DNA from: Podarcis pityusensis
Lineage: Eukaryota
Assembly: GCA_964106645.2 (NCBI GenBank)
Contig: OZ067046.1
Direction: 5' to 3' (one strand)
Length of the DNA: 64,000 bases
Position 1 is the stretch's first letter, and each line of letters opens with the position of its first letter. Shown one piece after another: positions 1 through 10,600 of this stretch. The notes under the pieces were generated by a model, which was given only the letters and a program-made list of their open reading frames with translations, did no database searches and was not told the DNA's origin. The position numbers and the translations under genes are program-made.

Positions 1-286
1 TCCTGTTGCCCTGTCCCAGCTCCTGCCAACCTAGCAGTTCGAAAGCATGCCAATGCAAGTAGATAAATAGGTACCGCTCCAGCGGGAAGGTAAACGGCGT
101 TTCCGTGCGCTCTGGTTTCCATCATGGTGTCCCATTGTGCCGGAAGTGGTTTAGTCCTGCTGGCCACATTACCCAGAAAGCTGTCTGCGGACAAACGCTG
201 GATCCCTTGACCTGAAAGCGAGACGAGCGCTGTAACCCCATAATCACCTTTGACTGGACTTAACCATCCAGGGGTCCTTTACCTTT
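1..286 (+). mobile_element. Sauria SINE (Squam1), cut by the window start
   Basis: Same body as the other copies; ends in an ACCTTT tail. Confidence 0.85.
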
Positions 287-646
287 TATTTTATTTTTTT
301 ACCTTATCACCTTGTAGTGACAAGAGCTTTTTTCATTGATGTTTGTCTGCTGAAATACAAGAGCCTCCATCTGCATAGAACTGCAAGTTTTGAAGGAGCA
401 CCCGTTTACACAAGCATTTGCTCAGTCTCCTGCCCCACCTTTCCTGCTTTAATTGCTATGTTCTTTTTAATGGGAATGTTTTATTGCATATTTTAATCAC
501 AGAAGTTTACATTTTGTTTGTTTAATCATGTATTATAATTATGGTGTGTTTTGTTGTTATTCTGTATTTTAACAATGTTATGTTTTTGTAAACTGCTTAG
601 GAGCCATCTGGGCATTAGTGGTATATACATTAATCAGTTAGTTAAA

Positions 647-1264
647 GGTAAAGGTAAAGGTAAAGGTAAAGGGACCCCTGACCATTTGGTCCAGTAGCAG
701 ATGATTCTGGGGTTGTGGCGCTCATCTCACTTTACTGGCCGAGGGAGCCGGCGTACAGCTTCCAGGTCATGTGGCCAGCATTACTAAGCCGCTTCCGGCA
801 AAACCAGAGCACCACTTCTTTTGTGTCCTAGCCTGGCAGTCCCAGATTATTTGTATTCACTATGACTTATCGCTGTCCTTTGGATTGTCCTGAACACCAC
901 CATTTGTTAAAGGTAAAGGTAAAGGGACCCCTGACCATTAGGTCCAGTCGTGGCCGACTCTGGGGTTACGGCACTCGTCTCGCTTTATTGGCCGAGGGAG
1001 TCAGCGTACAGCTTCCAGGTCATGTGGCCAGCATGACTAAGCCGCTTCTGGCGAACCAGAGCAGTGCACGGAAATGCCGTTTACTTTCCCGCCAGAGCGG
1101 TACCTATTTATCTACTTGCACTTTGACGTGCTTTCAAACTGCTAGGTTGGCAGGAGCAGGGACTGAGCAATGGGAGCTCACCCCGTCGCAGGGATTCAAA
1201 CTGCCGACCTTCTGATCGGCAAGCCCTAGGTTCAGTGGTTTAGACCACTGCGCACCCACGTCCC
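647..1264 (-). mobile_element. Composite Sauria SINE: full copy 909-1264, about 95 bp foreign segment, and 3' half copy 647-811
   Basis: Two (ACCTTT)n tails; tRNA-like head near 1264; 15-bp TSD at 632-646 and 1265-1279 (1 mismatch). Confidence 0.85.
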
Positions 1265-2034
1265 AATTAGTTAGTTAAAATAATATATGTATAGATTTGT
1301 ACTTTTGATAGGAAGTTTGCCACAAAGCAATGATACTTATTTGATGTGATCCAAATATGCCTGATTGAGAATTCTTAACATAGCATAAATATTATTTGTG
1401 CATGTATGTAATTTGCCTGGATTGCTTCCTAATGCATATATGAACCGTCCATTCGGAAATGCTGTATCTAAAAAAAGAAGGGGGAAAAGAGTGCACCAGG
1501 AGATATATTGCAGTATTCTGTAAGCCTTGCTTTGATCTACAGCTATTTTGTCTACCTGACTTGATTAAGAGGTCAGCAAACACTACTTTCTAGCAGGCAG
1601 GGCACTGGATGCAAATCTTCTGAAGACACTCTAATCAATGCTTCTTGAAGGCTGCAGCCAAGGAGTTGACTGATCAATTGAAACTAAGAGTATATACAGG
1701 GAAATTCCTGCATTCCCCCATCCAGGTCTGTGTGAGGAGAATCCTGCGGCATGTTAACCAACATATTTTTGCAGTGGCGAACAGCATAAAATCAACAATA
1801 ATATCACATCCGTTACACATCACAAATCAGTAGATTGGCTTAATATGTCAACATAGCAGAATTGCCCCTCAGCGAAATTGGGAACACTGGGGTCTAGTGG
1901 CTATTCAAGAGTGGTTGGTTTTTTCCCCTGCAGGCAGGCCAGCACCAGTGGGAGAAGCCGGTCCACCAATAAGGCAAAGTGAGGCAACCACCTCAGGTGG
2001 CGGGATCCACAGGAACGACACAGGAGCTCCTTCC

Positions 2035-2270
2035 CTGACTAAAATGCTTCTGGCGCAACAGAACACCATGACAGAAACCAGAGCGCATGGAAACGCTGTT
2101 TACCTTCCCGCCGCAGTGGTACCTATTTATCTACTTGCACTGGTGTGCTTTCGAACTGCTGTTGGCAGAAGCTGGCACAGACCAACAGGAGCTCACTCGG
2201 TCATGTGGATTCAAACCGCCGACCTTCCAATTGCCAAGCCCAAGAGGATCAGTGGTTTAGACCACACCAT
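2035..2270 (-). mobile_element. Degenerate Sauria SINE fragment
   Basis: Shared core GGTACCTATTTATCTACTTGCAC. Confidence 0.75.
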
Positions 2271-2873
2271 AGTTCCACCCACTACCCTTGTGCATATATG
2301 TAAATTACCTGAATGGTGGGATTTTGAATAATTATTCAGGATTTGTAGACACTTGGATTAATGGTGTGGAATTCAACGGAACATCACATTTTGCATGTGT
2401 TTTGACAACAACTGGTTACAAAAAATAAGTATGTCCATGACATGCCACATACTTCCCGCCCCTTTATGATATACAGTATAAAGAAAAGCAAGTTGAATTG
2501 CTTTCTTTAAGTGCTTTTCCTTATGCATTAAAGGCAGTTCTGCATATAGCCAAATCTTTCAGTGCTGCAACACACAAATAATAGTGGTGTTTTGACCACA
2601 GGAGCAATGCAAATCTGCAACTTGATTGTCCCCTAGTGGCTAGTTCTTAAAATATGTTTAAAATACATTCCCTCAAAGCTTAGAATCTTTTCCACATAAG
2701 AAAATGGACTGACACAGCATCTAATGCACGATCATCTTCTTTTCTTGCTTTGCTTTCATTCTGAATTTCAGAAGCATCTTCCCAGAGTGTTAATATATTA
2801 GTTGGAGCAGGAGACACACACACAACACAGAATACCTGAAATTGGATTTGACATGCCTTGTTTGACATGCATA

Positions 2874-3241
2874 AGGTAAAGGTAAAGGTATCCCTGCCAG
2901 TACGGGCCAGTCGTGTCCGACTCTAGGGTTGCGTGCTCATCTCGCTCTAGAGGCCGTGAGCCGGCGCCGTCTGAAGACACTTCCGGGTAGCGTGGCCAGC
3001 GTGACGAAGCTGCAGCTGGCGAGCCAGCACCAGCGCAGCACACGGGAACGCCGTTTACCTTCCCGCTGGAGCGGTACCTATTTATCTACTTGCACTTAAG
3101 AGTGCTTTCGAACTGCTAGGTGGGCAGGAGCTGGGACTGAACGACGGGAGCTCATCCCGCCACGGGGATTCGAACCGCCGACCATACGATCGACAAGTCC
3201 TAGGCACTGAGGTTTTACCCACAGCGCCACCCGCGCCACCC
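2874..3241 (-). mobile_element. Sauria SINE, variant subfamily, full length
   Basis: TSD TTGACATGCATA at 2862-2873 and 3242-3253; diverged 3' half. Confidence 0.9.
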
Positions 3242-3751
3242 TTGACATGCATAGGATTGCACTATAAGCATGCCTATGATTTGTGCAGCACTTAAATGTT
3301 ACTAAACTGGTAGCTGGGTATCTCTCCTGCATTAGTCCGTTTGGAATGAGGGTGTCAACAACACTATCACATGTAATAAACAGTCACATATTCCTGGCAC
3401 AGGGCATGTCATTTTAGGAGGTGAAACTAATTACTTCACTAAGGAGTCTTAAAAATATTATTTTTGTGACTGGACAACTTTTAGCTTGGTAAGTCTACAT
3501 CTGATGAAGAAGCACATAAACTGCTTTTGGTAAATGAAACTATTTTAAATTTATCTTCTGAAAATGTCGGGTAATGCTAAATAATAACAATAAATAAAAA
3601 TATTCATTTGTAATGGCCCATCTAGTCCAGCATTCTGTTCTCACAGTGGCTGAACAGTTGACAAGGCATGATTCCATCAGCTGGCATTTGGAAACATCAC
3701 TGCCTCAAAAACTGTGCAGGCAGAGCAAAGCCATTGTGGCTCATAGCCATT

Positions 3752-4480
3752 CATAGAATCTTAAGAGTTGGAAGGGACCCTGAGGATCATCCGGTCCAAC
3801 TCTCTGCAGTGGAGGAATACGCAGCTGCCCCTTGGTGTTATCAGCACCACGTTCTAACCTCCTGACCTGTATGCCTGAAATCACTTGTGGAATCTTTGAC
3901 AAGTCTCTTCTCCTCCATGAATTTGCCCAGCCCTCTTTTAAAGATGTCCCAGTTGGCGGCCCAACATTGCCACTTCCTGTGGGAGGGAGTTCCATAGATT
4001 ATAACTATATAGTTCCCTCATTGCGAGAAGTGAGGTTACAGGGAACCAGACAGAGGGCCTTCTTGGTAGTGGCACCTGCCCTGTGGAATGCCCTCCCACC
4101 AGATGTGAAGGAAATAACCAGCTATTTAGGGAAGTTTTTAATATTTAATGCTGTATTGTTTTTAACACTCGATTGGGAGCTGCCCAGAGTGGCTGGGGAA
4201 ACTCAGCCAGATGGGTGGGGTATAAATAATAAATTATTATTAATTTTATTATTAATTTTATTTATTATTATTATTATTATTATTCTGTTGTGAAGAAGTG
4301 CTTTTTCTGTCCTAACTCTTCCAACGTTCAGCTTCATCGGGTGCCCACGAATTCTGGTGTTGTGAGAAGGGAGAAAAACTCCTCTCTTCCCGCTCTTTCT
4401 CCATGGCTGTGTACTTTTTAGAATCAATGACTTTGGAAGGGACCCTGAGGGTCATCTAGTCCAACCCCCTGCAGTGCAGG
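3752..4480. mobile_element. CR1/Squam2 fragments (-) with an inserted L2-like 3' end (+, about 4010-4290)
   Basis: CATAGAAT tails; CR1 C-terminal peptide TRIRGHPMKL; L2-like peptide QRAFLVVAPALWNALP followed by (TAT)n. Confidence 0.65.
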
Positions 4481-4583
4481 AAACTCGAGGAAAAGATCCA
4501 CTCGCTCAACTTCTGCTGAAAAGCCTCCAAGGTTTCTACAAACTCCTGCCCTGCAGCCTCTTCTACTTGTCTTTCCTTTAAAC

Positions 4584-4723
4584 CAGGCTTCCTCAACCTC
4601 GGCTCTCCAGATGCTTTGAGACTACAATTCCCATCATCCCTGACTGCTGGTCCTGCTAGCTAGGGATCATGGGAGTTGTAGGCCAAAAAAAAAAATCTGG
4701 AGGGCCAAGGTTGAGGAAGCCTG
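4584..4723. mobile_element. hAT-type MITE
   Basis: TIRs CAGGCTTCCTCAACCT...AGGTTGAGGAAGCCTG; internal palindrome. Confidence 0.75.
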
Positions 4724-4949
4724 CGGGTCTAAACCAGTCATTCTCAGCCGGGAGGGAGCAGCTGCCAGGTATTTGCTGGACTACAACTCCCATAATCCTC
4801 GATAGCTGAACCTGCTAGCAAGGCATGATGGGAGTTGTAGTCCAACATAACCTGAGCATTCCGCCCCCTCCCACCAGAGTTGAAACAAAAAGGCTGCGTG
4901 TAACTGAAAAACCCACAACCGCAGCAACTTTTCCTCATGGCGAAGGGCT

Positions 4950-5520
4950 GGCGCCGTTTCGACCCTGGAAGCCATTTATACAGGCAGCGTCAGTCACCGT
5001 GGCGCGAAAGGGCCAACGGACAACCTGAAGTACCGTTAGCGCTGACGTCATTTATTTGCCCCGCCCCTTTTCCCCCTCCCCCAGTCACAACCCGGGAGTC
5101 TTAACCGCGCCCCTCCTCCGTTCCTTTCTCCGCCGCGCTCCTCTTCCGCCGGGATCTCGCGAGATTTGAAGCGGAGAGAGCGCGCACGAGCTCCGCCTTC
5201 CCAACCTCGCGCTCCCTCAGTGGACGCGCGATAAAAGATTTTGAAGTCTTAAGCTTGCGGTTGGCGCCTTTCACGCCGGGATCTCGCGAGAATAGGGTGG
5301 GGAAAGAGAGAGCGCTCGAGCTCGGCCCCGCCCCTCGCCACTGTGGGCGTGTCCAAATTTTGAAGGCGACGGCGGGAAGAGGGAGGCGCGCGGCAGTTGG
5401 AGCGTCGTAGCGGCCGGGTCGGCTTCTGGTAGCCTGCGCTGAGTAGTTCAGGTGACACGGGTCTTTTGAGGGCATGTGAGGAGAGGGCTGGCTTGGGAGG
5501 GCTCCGCCGCCCCCCGCCGC
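4950..5520 (+). promoter_or_regulatory. NCAPG: CpG-island cell-cycle promoter of NCAPG
   Basis: GC/CpG-rich. E2F site GGCGCGAAA 5001-5009; MYB-type CAACGG 5014-5019 and CCGTTA 5033-5038; CRE TGACGTCA 5043-5050; GC box 5059-5067; TCTCGCGAGA (BANP/ZBTB33 motif) 5155-5164 and 5282-5291; CHR TTTGAA at 5165, 5240 and 5359. Confidence 0.85.
5370..5451 (+). other. NCAPG: Putative non-coding exon 1 (5'UTR) of NCAPG; start approximate
   Basis: The ATG exon has a splice acceptor only 2 nt upstream of the ATG, so an upstream exon is needed. Candidate donor CAG|GTGACA at 5451/5452 lies just downstream of the last CHR. Confidence 0.4.
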
Positions 5521-5973
5521 CACTTTCCCTCTGGGTGGGGTTTTTATTGGGATTATTGTTATTATTATTATGTTTATACTGCTTTATCTTTTGCAAACCG
5601 CTTTGAGGTTTTTCCACGACCGAGCGATGTATGAAGCTTTACGGAATGAAAGGAATTAAATACATACGTTCATCAGTTTCCTGCGATAGAGAACGGCGTG
5701 CCAAGTCTATTATTCCCTGCAGGAGAGGAATGAGATTGTAAGCCGCCTTGGGCGAGACAAGGCGGCCTGCAAAGTCAATACACAAGAATACAGGCACCCG
5801 TAAATGAATTTATGACCCATAAATGAATATATCGTGGCACGGGTTTGGGATGAAGCTGCTTTTTAAGCGGTTTCTTCTCACGCAAGTTCTTACAGGAATC
5901 GGGCAGAGGAGAGGGGGGAAAGCGAATGGCAAACGCGGCCAAGGACCCGTTGAAATGCTGTCGCTTTGAAATA

Positions 5974-6200
5974 CAGTCATACCTCATGTTATGTTTGCTT
6001 CATGATACGTTTTTTCAGGTTGCGACCCAGAAGTACCGGAAAGGGTTACTTCCGGGTTTCGCCGCATGCGCAGATGTGCAAAATGACATCATGCGCAGAA
6101 GCGGTGAATCGCAACCCACGCGTGTGCTGTGGGTTGCGTTCTATGCATGTTGCGAACGGGCCTCCGGAACGGATCCCGTTCGCAGCTAGAGGTACCACTG
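5974..6200. mobile_element. Tc1/mariner(Tigger)-like MITE
   Basis: TA|CAGTCATACCTC...GAGGTACCACTG ends. Confidence 0.8.
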
Positions 6201-6348
6201 TCTATTCAATTTTAATAAACATAATGAGGTTACCAGACGTTAGGCTATCTTTATCCAGATAGGAATGCAGCTGGGCCATCAAGCAGTTTACAGAAATAAA
6301 AATAAAACAGAGAAAAATTCACAGCCATACTAAAACAGATTAAAATTA

Positions 6349-6575
6349 CAGTCATACCTCAGGTTGAAGTAGCTTTGGGATGAATACTTTCGGGTTGCGC
6401 TCCGCAGCGACCCGGAAGTAACGGGCTCCGTTTCACCGCTCGCGCATGCGCAGATGCTCAAAATGACATCACGCGCAGACGCCGAATTGACATGACGCGC
6501 GGATGCAGGTTGTGTTCACTTCTGGATGCGAACGGGGTTCCGGAATGAATCCCGTTCGCATTCAGGGTACCACTG
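6349..6575. mobile_element. Tc1/mariner(Tigger)-like MITE
   Basis: Same family as 5974; TA TSD. Confidence 0.8.
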
Positions 6576-7553
6576 TACCTCAATAAAATAGTCAAAAATC
6601 AACATGGATATTTATTGCAATAGATATGCTGACTCCTGTATTCAACCACACATCATGAACCACTGGAATGATGTTTGTGGACCATTGTTGGTCCATGAAC
6701 CACAGTTTGGGAACCCCTGTTCCAGGTTCAATCCCTGGCATCTCACACTCCCAGATATGGAAGAGAAAGCTTCCTATCTAAAACCTGGACAGGTGTGGCA
6801 CATCAGAGAAGACATTGGTTTAGAATGACAAGTAGTCTGAAATGATAGAAACTGACAGTTTGCTCTTTATGTTCTTTAGATTAGGCATCAGTATGTGTAG
6901 TATTAGTGGCTCTTGTAAGTGGCTCTACTATCTTCTGAGGCAAAAGCACATAACCTTTCTGCTCCCCTTTGAGGGCATTTTTCCAAGGGCTGCATACTGA
7001 CCGTGGGTGGCACAGAAGCCACTGTTTGGCATGGTACCTCCTTTACTCTCAGCCTCCATTACCCCATACTGCCAGGTATGGGAAGTCCAGTAATTTTTAC
7101 CTGAGGCCTGAACTGATCACTTGCATAGGGCTTCTGAAAATGGGCTGCATATTTCTCACTTGTGTGCCCTAAAGAAATGAGAGGGCATGTGCTAAAATAA
7201 AAAAGTGACATTGATTTTGAATATATTCCACCTGTGGAAACTGCAGGTGGTTTTTCTGAAGTTTTGTCGTTCTAATCTTGCTTGTTAACTACTATGGAAA
7301 CCTTTGGTGGGAAGGCAGAATATAAGTGAAATATGAAATAATTTAGAACTAGCTTTCATATAAGACTAAGAATAAAAGGGTTTGCAAAGTAATACAGGTA
7401 GAAGCTTGTGTTTAGGCAAGTTGAAAAAACTTGGAAAACTCTGGTAACTAGGCATAATGGTTGATCCATGGTGATGCGAACACCTAGTGAAGTGGGTTCC
7501 ATGAATGTACAAGATTCAGTTAAGTTTTTAAAATGACCCATTTCTTTGCAGCT

Positions 7554-7658
7554 ATGAAAGGGAAGAAGTTCAATATTAAGGAGACCTTTGAAAAAGCTCA
7601 AAAAGCTCACCAAAATCATGCAAAACTTGTGGCATCCTTGAAGCACATGTACAATGAG
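7554..7658 (+). CDS. NCAPG: NCAPG coding exon 1 (MKGKKFNIKE...HMYNE)
   Basis: Acceptor tttctttgcag|CTATG; donor GAG|gtaaat. Confidence 0.9.
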
Positions 7659-10600
7659 GTAAATATTATTAATTTCATGCTTTTTGACTTTAACCCCCAA
7701 GGGTGGCTAACACATTCATAAAATACATTGGTCTCACTGAAAACCTTACCCTTTACACATCAAAACCATGCAATGGTTGCTTCAAGAAAGATATTGGGTG
7801 GGAAGTAGAATATGTAACAGGATATGTAACAGGAAAGCTTGGGCAACTGAGCATATCTAACAGGCATGTGAAAGTACCTTCACTTGCCTGCCTTCCCTAA
7901 ATAAATACAACTGCAGAATATCCATATGGATTTGCAAGTACAGTGGTACCTCGGGTTAAGTACTTAATTCATTCCGGAGGTCCGTACTTAACCTGAAGCA
8001 CCACTTTAGCTAATGGGGCCTCCTGCTGCTGCTGTGCCGCTGGAGCACGATTTCTGTTCTCATCCTAAAGCAAAGTTCTTAACCTGAAACACTATTTCTG
8101 GGTTAGTGGAGTCTGTAACCTGAAACGTATATAACCTGAAGCGTATGTAACCCGAGGTACCACTGTAGTGAACCATGTTCAGTTTACAACAGTATATTTT
8201 GTAGCAATAAACAGTGCTTCACTTCCATATAACAGTTCTCAAAGTGCTTCATGTTATGTTGGTACAGAACCCTTGTAGTATTATTGTACTGCCTAAGTGG
8301 AGGAGGAAAGCAAGGATTGAAAGTGGCCTACTTATGGTCACCTATTGAGTTCAGGAGAGGTGACATTTGTCAATGAATCCATGAAACTATTAACTATAGG
8401 AAACATTAAGTCATTCTTTTGCAGGGAATGATATTGTAATCAATTGCTATGTTCTTAATATGTTATATTTCCCCAGATTATCATAAGCTCCAGTCTTATT
8501 TCAGACATTGTGATATATTGAGATATCGCAATGTTTAGCTGGCGATATATATTGTGATATTGAAAACCAGGTATCGCCCATGCTGTCATAATATATGTTC
8601 TGTTGATACTGTTATGAGAAAAAACCCCTTTTCACTTATGGGGTACCCAAGAGCCCATATAGAGTCCTTTTGTAGGTTCTCTATTGGTAGGAGAAAATAA
8701 CAGAGACCAACCAGAGAATATTGAGAAGTGAAGCAGCTAGTAAGTCTGATCTTTATTAAAGCTGTTGCAACAGGGTGCTCCCACACACACACAAGGGGGG
8801 AAGGGACCCAGAACAAATGTGTGCCCGCCCTTATATAGACTTTGAAATTGCCCACTCTCAAACTCCAGACCACCCCCAATACATCATACATACATCACAG
8901 GGGGAGGTCTAAAACAGAATCCTGTGTTGTTTATCTCCTGTCTGCCATTTACCTGATTGCATTATCTGGGTTTTGGCCACTCTTTGTTATTATAACTACT
9001 TAATTCCTGAATCCAGGTCACAGGCTCACCCTATTCAAACCTTAAATGTGCCCTTGGCAGGATTTGTGAGCACAGAGACAATGGCGAGATTTCCCATTTC
9101 CTTCAACCTTGCAGAGAAATATTTGATGTCATTTTGGGAGAGAAAGTGGTTTCAGGACTTTTCTGTGGGTTTCACACATGTGGTTTACATGTGTTTGCTT
9201 GGTACATCAATGAATATTTTGTATATATAAGACCTTAAAATTCTTATAACGATACTAAGTCTTCTCATGTCACAGTACAGTACAATGGAACCTTGGTTCT
9301 TGAACAGCTTAGTTGATGAACCAATCGGCTCCCGAACGTCAAAAACCTAGAAGTAAGTTTTCCGTTTTTCAGAAGCTGAATGTCCGATGTGGCTTCCGTT
9401 TGAGCGCAGAAAGCTCCTTCAGCCAATCAGAAGCTATACCTTGGTTTTCAAATGGTTTCAGGAGTCCAAAGGATTAAGTTTGAAAACCAAGGTTCCACTG
9501 TACTGTGACATGAGAAGACTGTAAGTATCAACAAAACATAGATTATGACCAGTATTTCATATTTCAAGTCTTAATCTGGAATTTTCAAGCTCTGTCCAAA
9601 GAACCAGTTCTCAGTGGAAAGGATTTTAACATGTCATTGGATCTGCCCGTTTTTTAAATAAAGGTCTGTTCCACCATTGATCAATTTTGATACTGAAATT
9701 GCATTACTTACTGTGTAACGTTGTTCTAGTTGCAGGACAAAATCTCTTTTCATGAGGAATTTGTTCATTACCTTAAATTTGCCCTGATTGTCTACAAAAG
9801 AGAACCTGCAGTAGAACAAGTGATAAATTTTGCGGCCAAGTTTGTTGTTTCATTTTATGAGCCAGAAAAAGATGACACTGAAGAAGAGGAGCAAGTGGAA
9901 AATTCTCTTCTGAATTATTTGTTCAAGTTTCTGCTTGAGGTACCTTAGCAATAATGTAATGGTGAAAAAATAACATTGGATGCATAATGCTCCTCTTTAT
10001 AGTATGATCTAATGGACACCGTATGAATCTGCATATAAATGGGGTGTATATTCCTATGCTATTTTCTTAATGGTGATGTAAAATCAATCTTGTTATATTG
10101 GGTAGAAATCACATTGAATGCAAGGGCTGTGTTATCTTTCCTTCTCTTAAAGACATAAAGCAGGCATACTCGGCCCTCCGATGTTTTGGGACTACAGCTC
10201 CCATCATCCCTAGTTAACAGGATCAGTGGTCAGGGATGACGGGAGTTGTAGTCTCAAAACATCTGGAGGGCCGAGTTTTCCTATGCCTGACATAAAGCAA
10301 TGATAAGTGGGCTTAGCTTTTGTCTGAACAATCTGTGCTGCTGACCAACATTCACCTAAGGCCAGAATTTCTGAAGTGCAATTATAGGGGTCTTGGATGC
10401 AGTTGCTGAGGCTCCAGTTTGCTCAATTGATTTCTATGGGATATGGCTGTGTTTTGGTTATAATTACAGTCTGCATTTATGTTCTAGAGTCTTGCATTCA
10501 GCCACAGCTGAAGACCAGCTTCATAATTGCTGTCTTAAGCACCAAGTTTATTTTGCACAGCCATTCAGGTTTAAACCTGGTGTCATTCATTCATGGGTTA

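Noticed and set aside
862-1215. Recurrent ORF family (..QLPGHVASMTKPLLANQSS..) also at 25926, 30125 and 34144
   Set aside because: Antisense translations of Sauria SINE copies, not a protein family.
5101-5617. Divergent gene (DCAF16-like) ORFs at the promoter
   Set aside because: GC-rich chance ORFs with no recognisable similarity; DCAF16 is recalled as mammal-specific.
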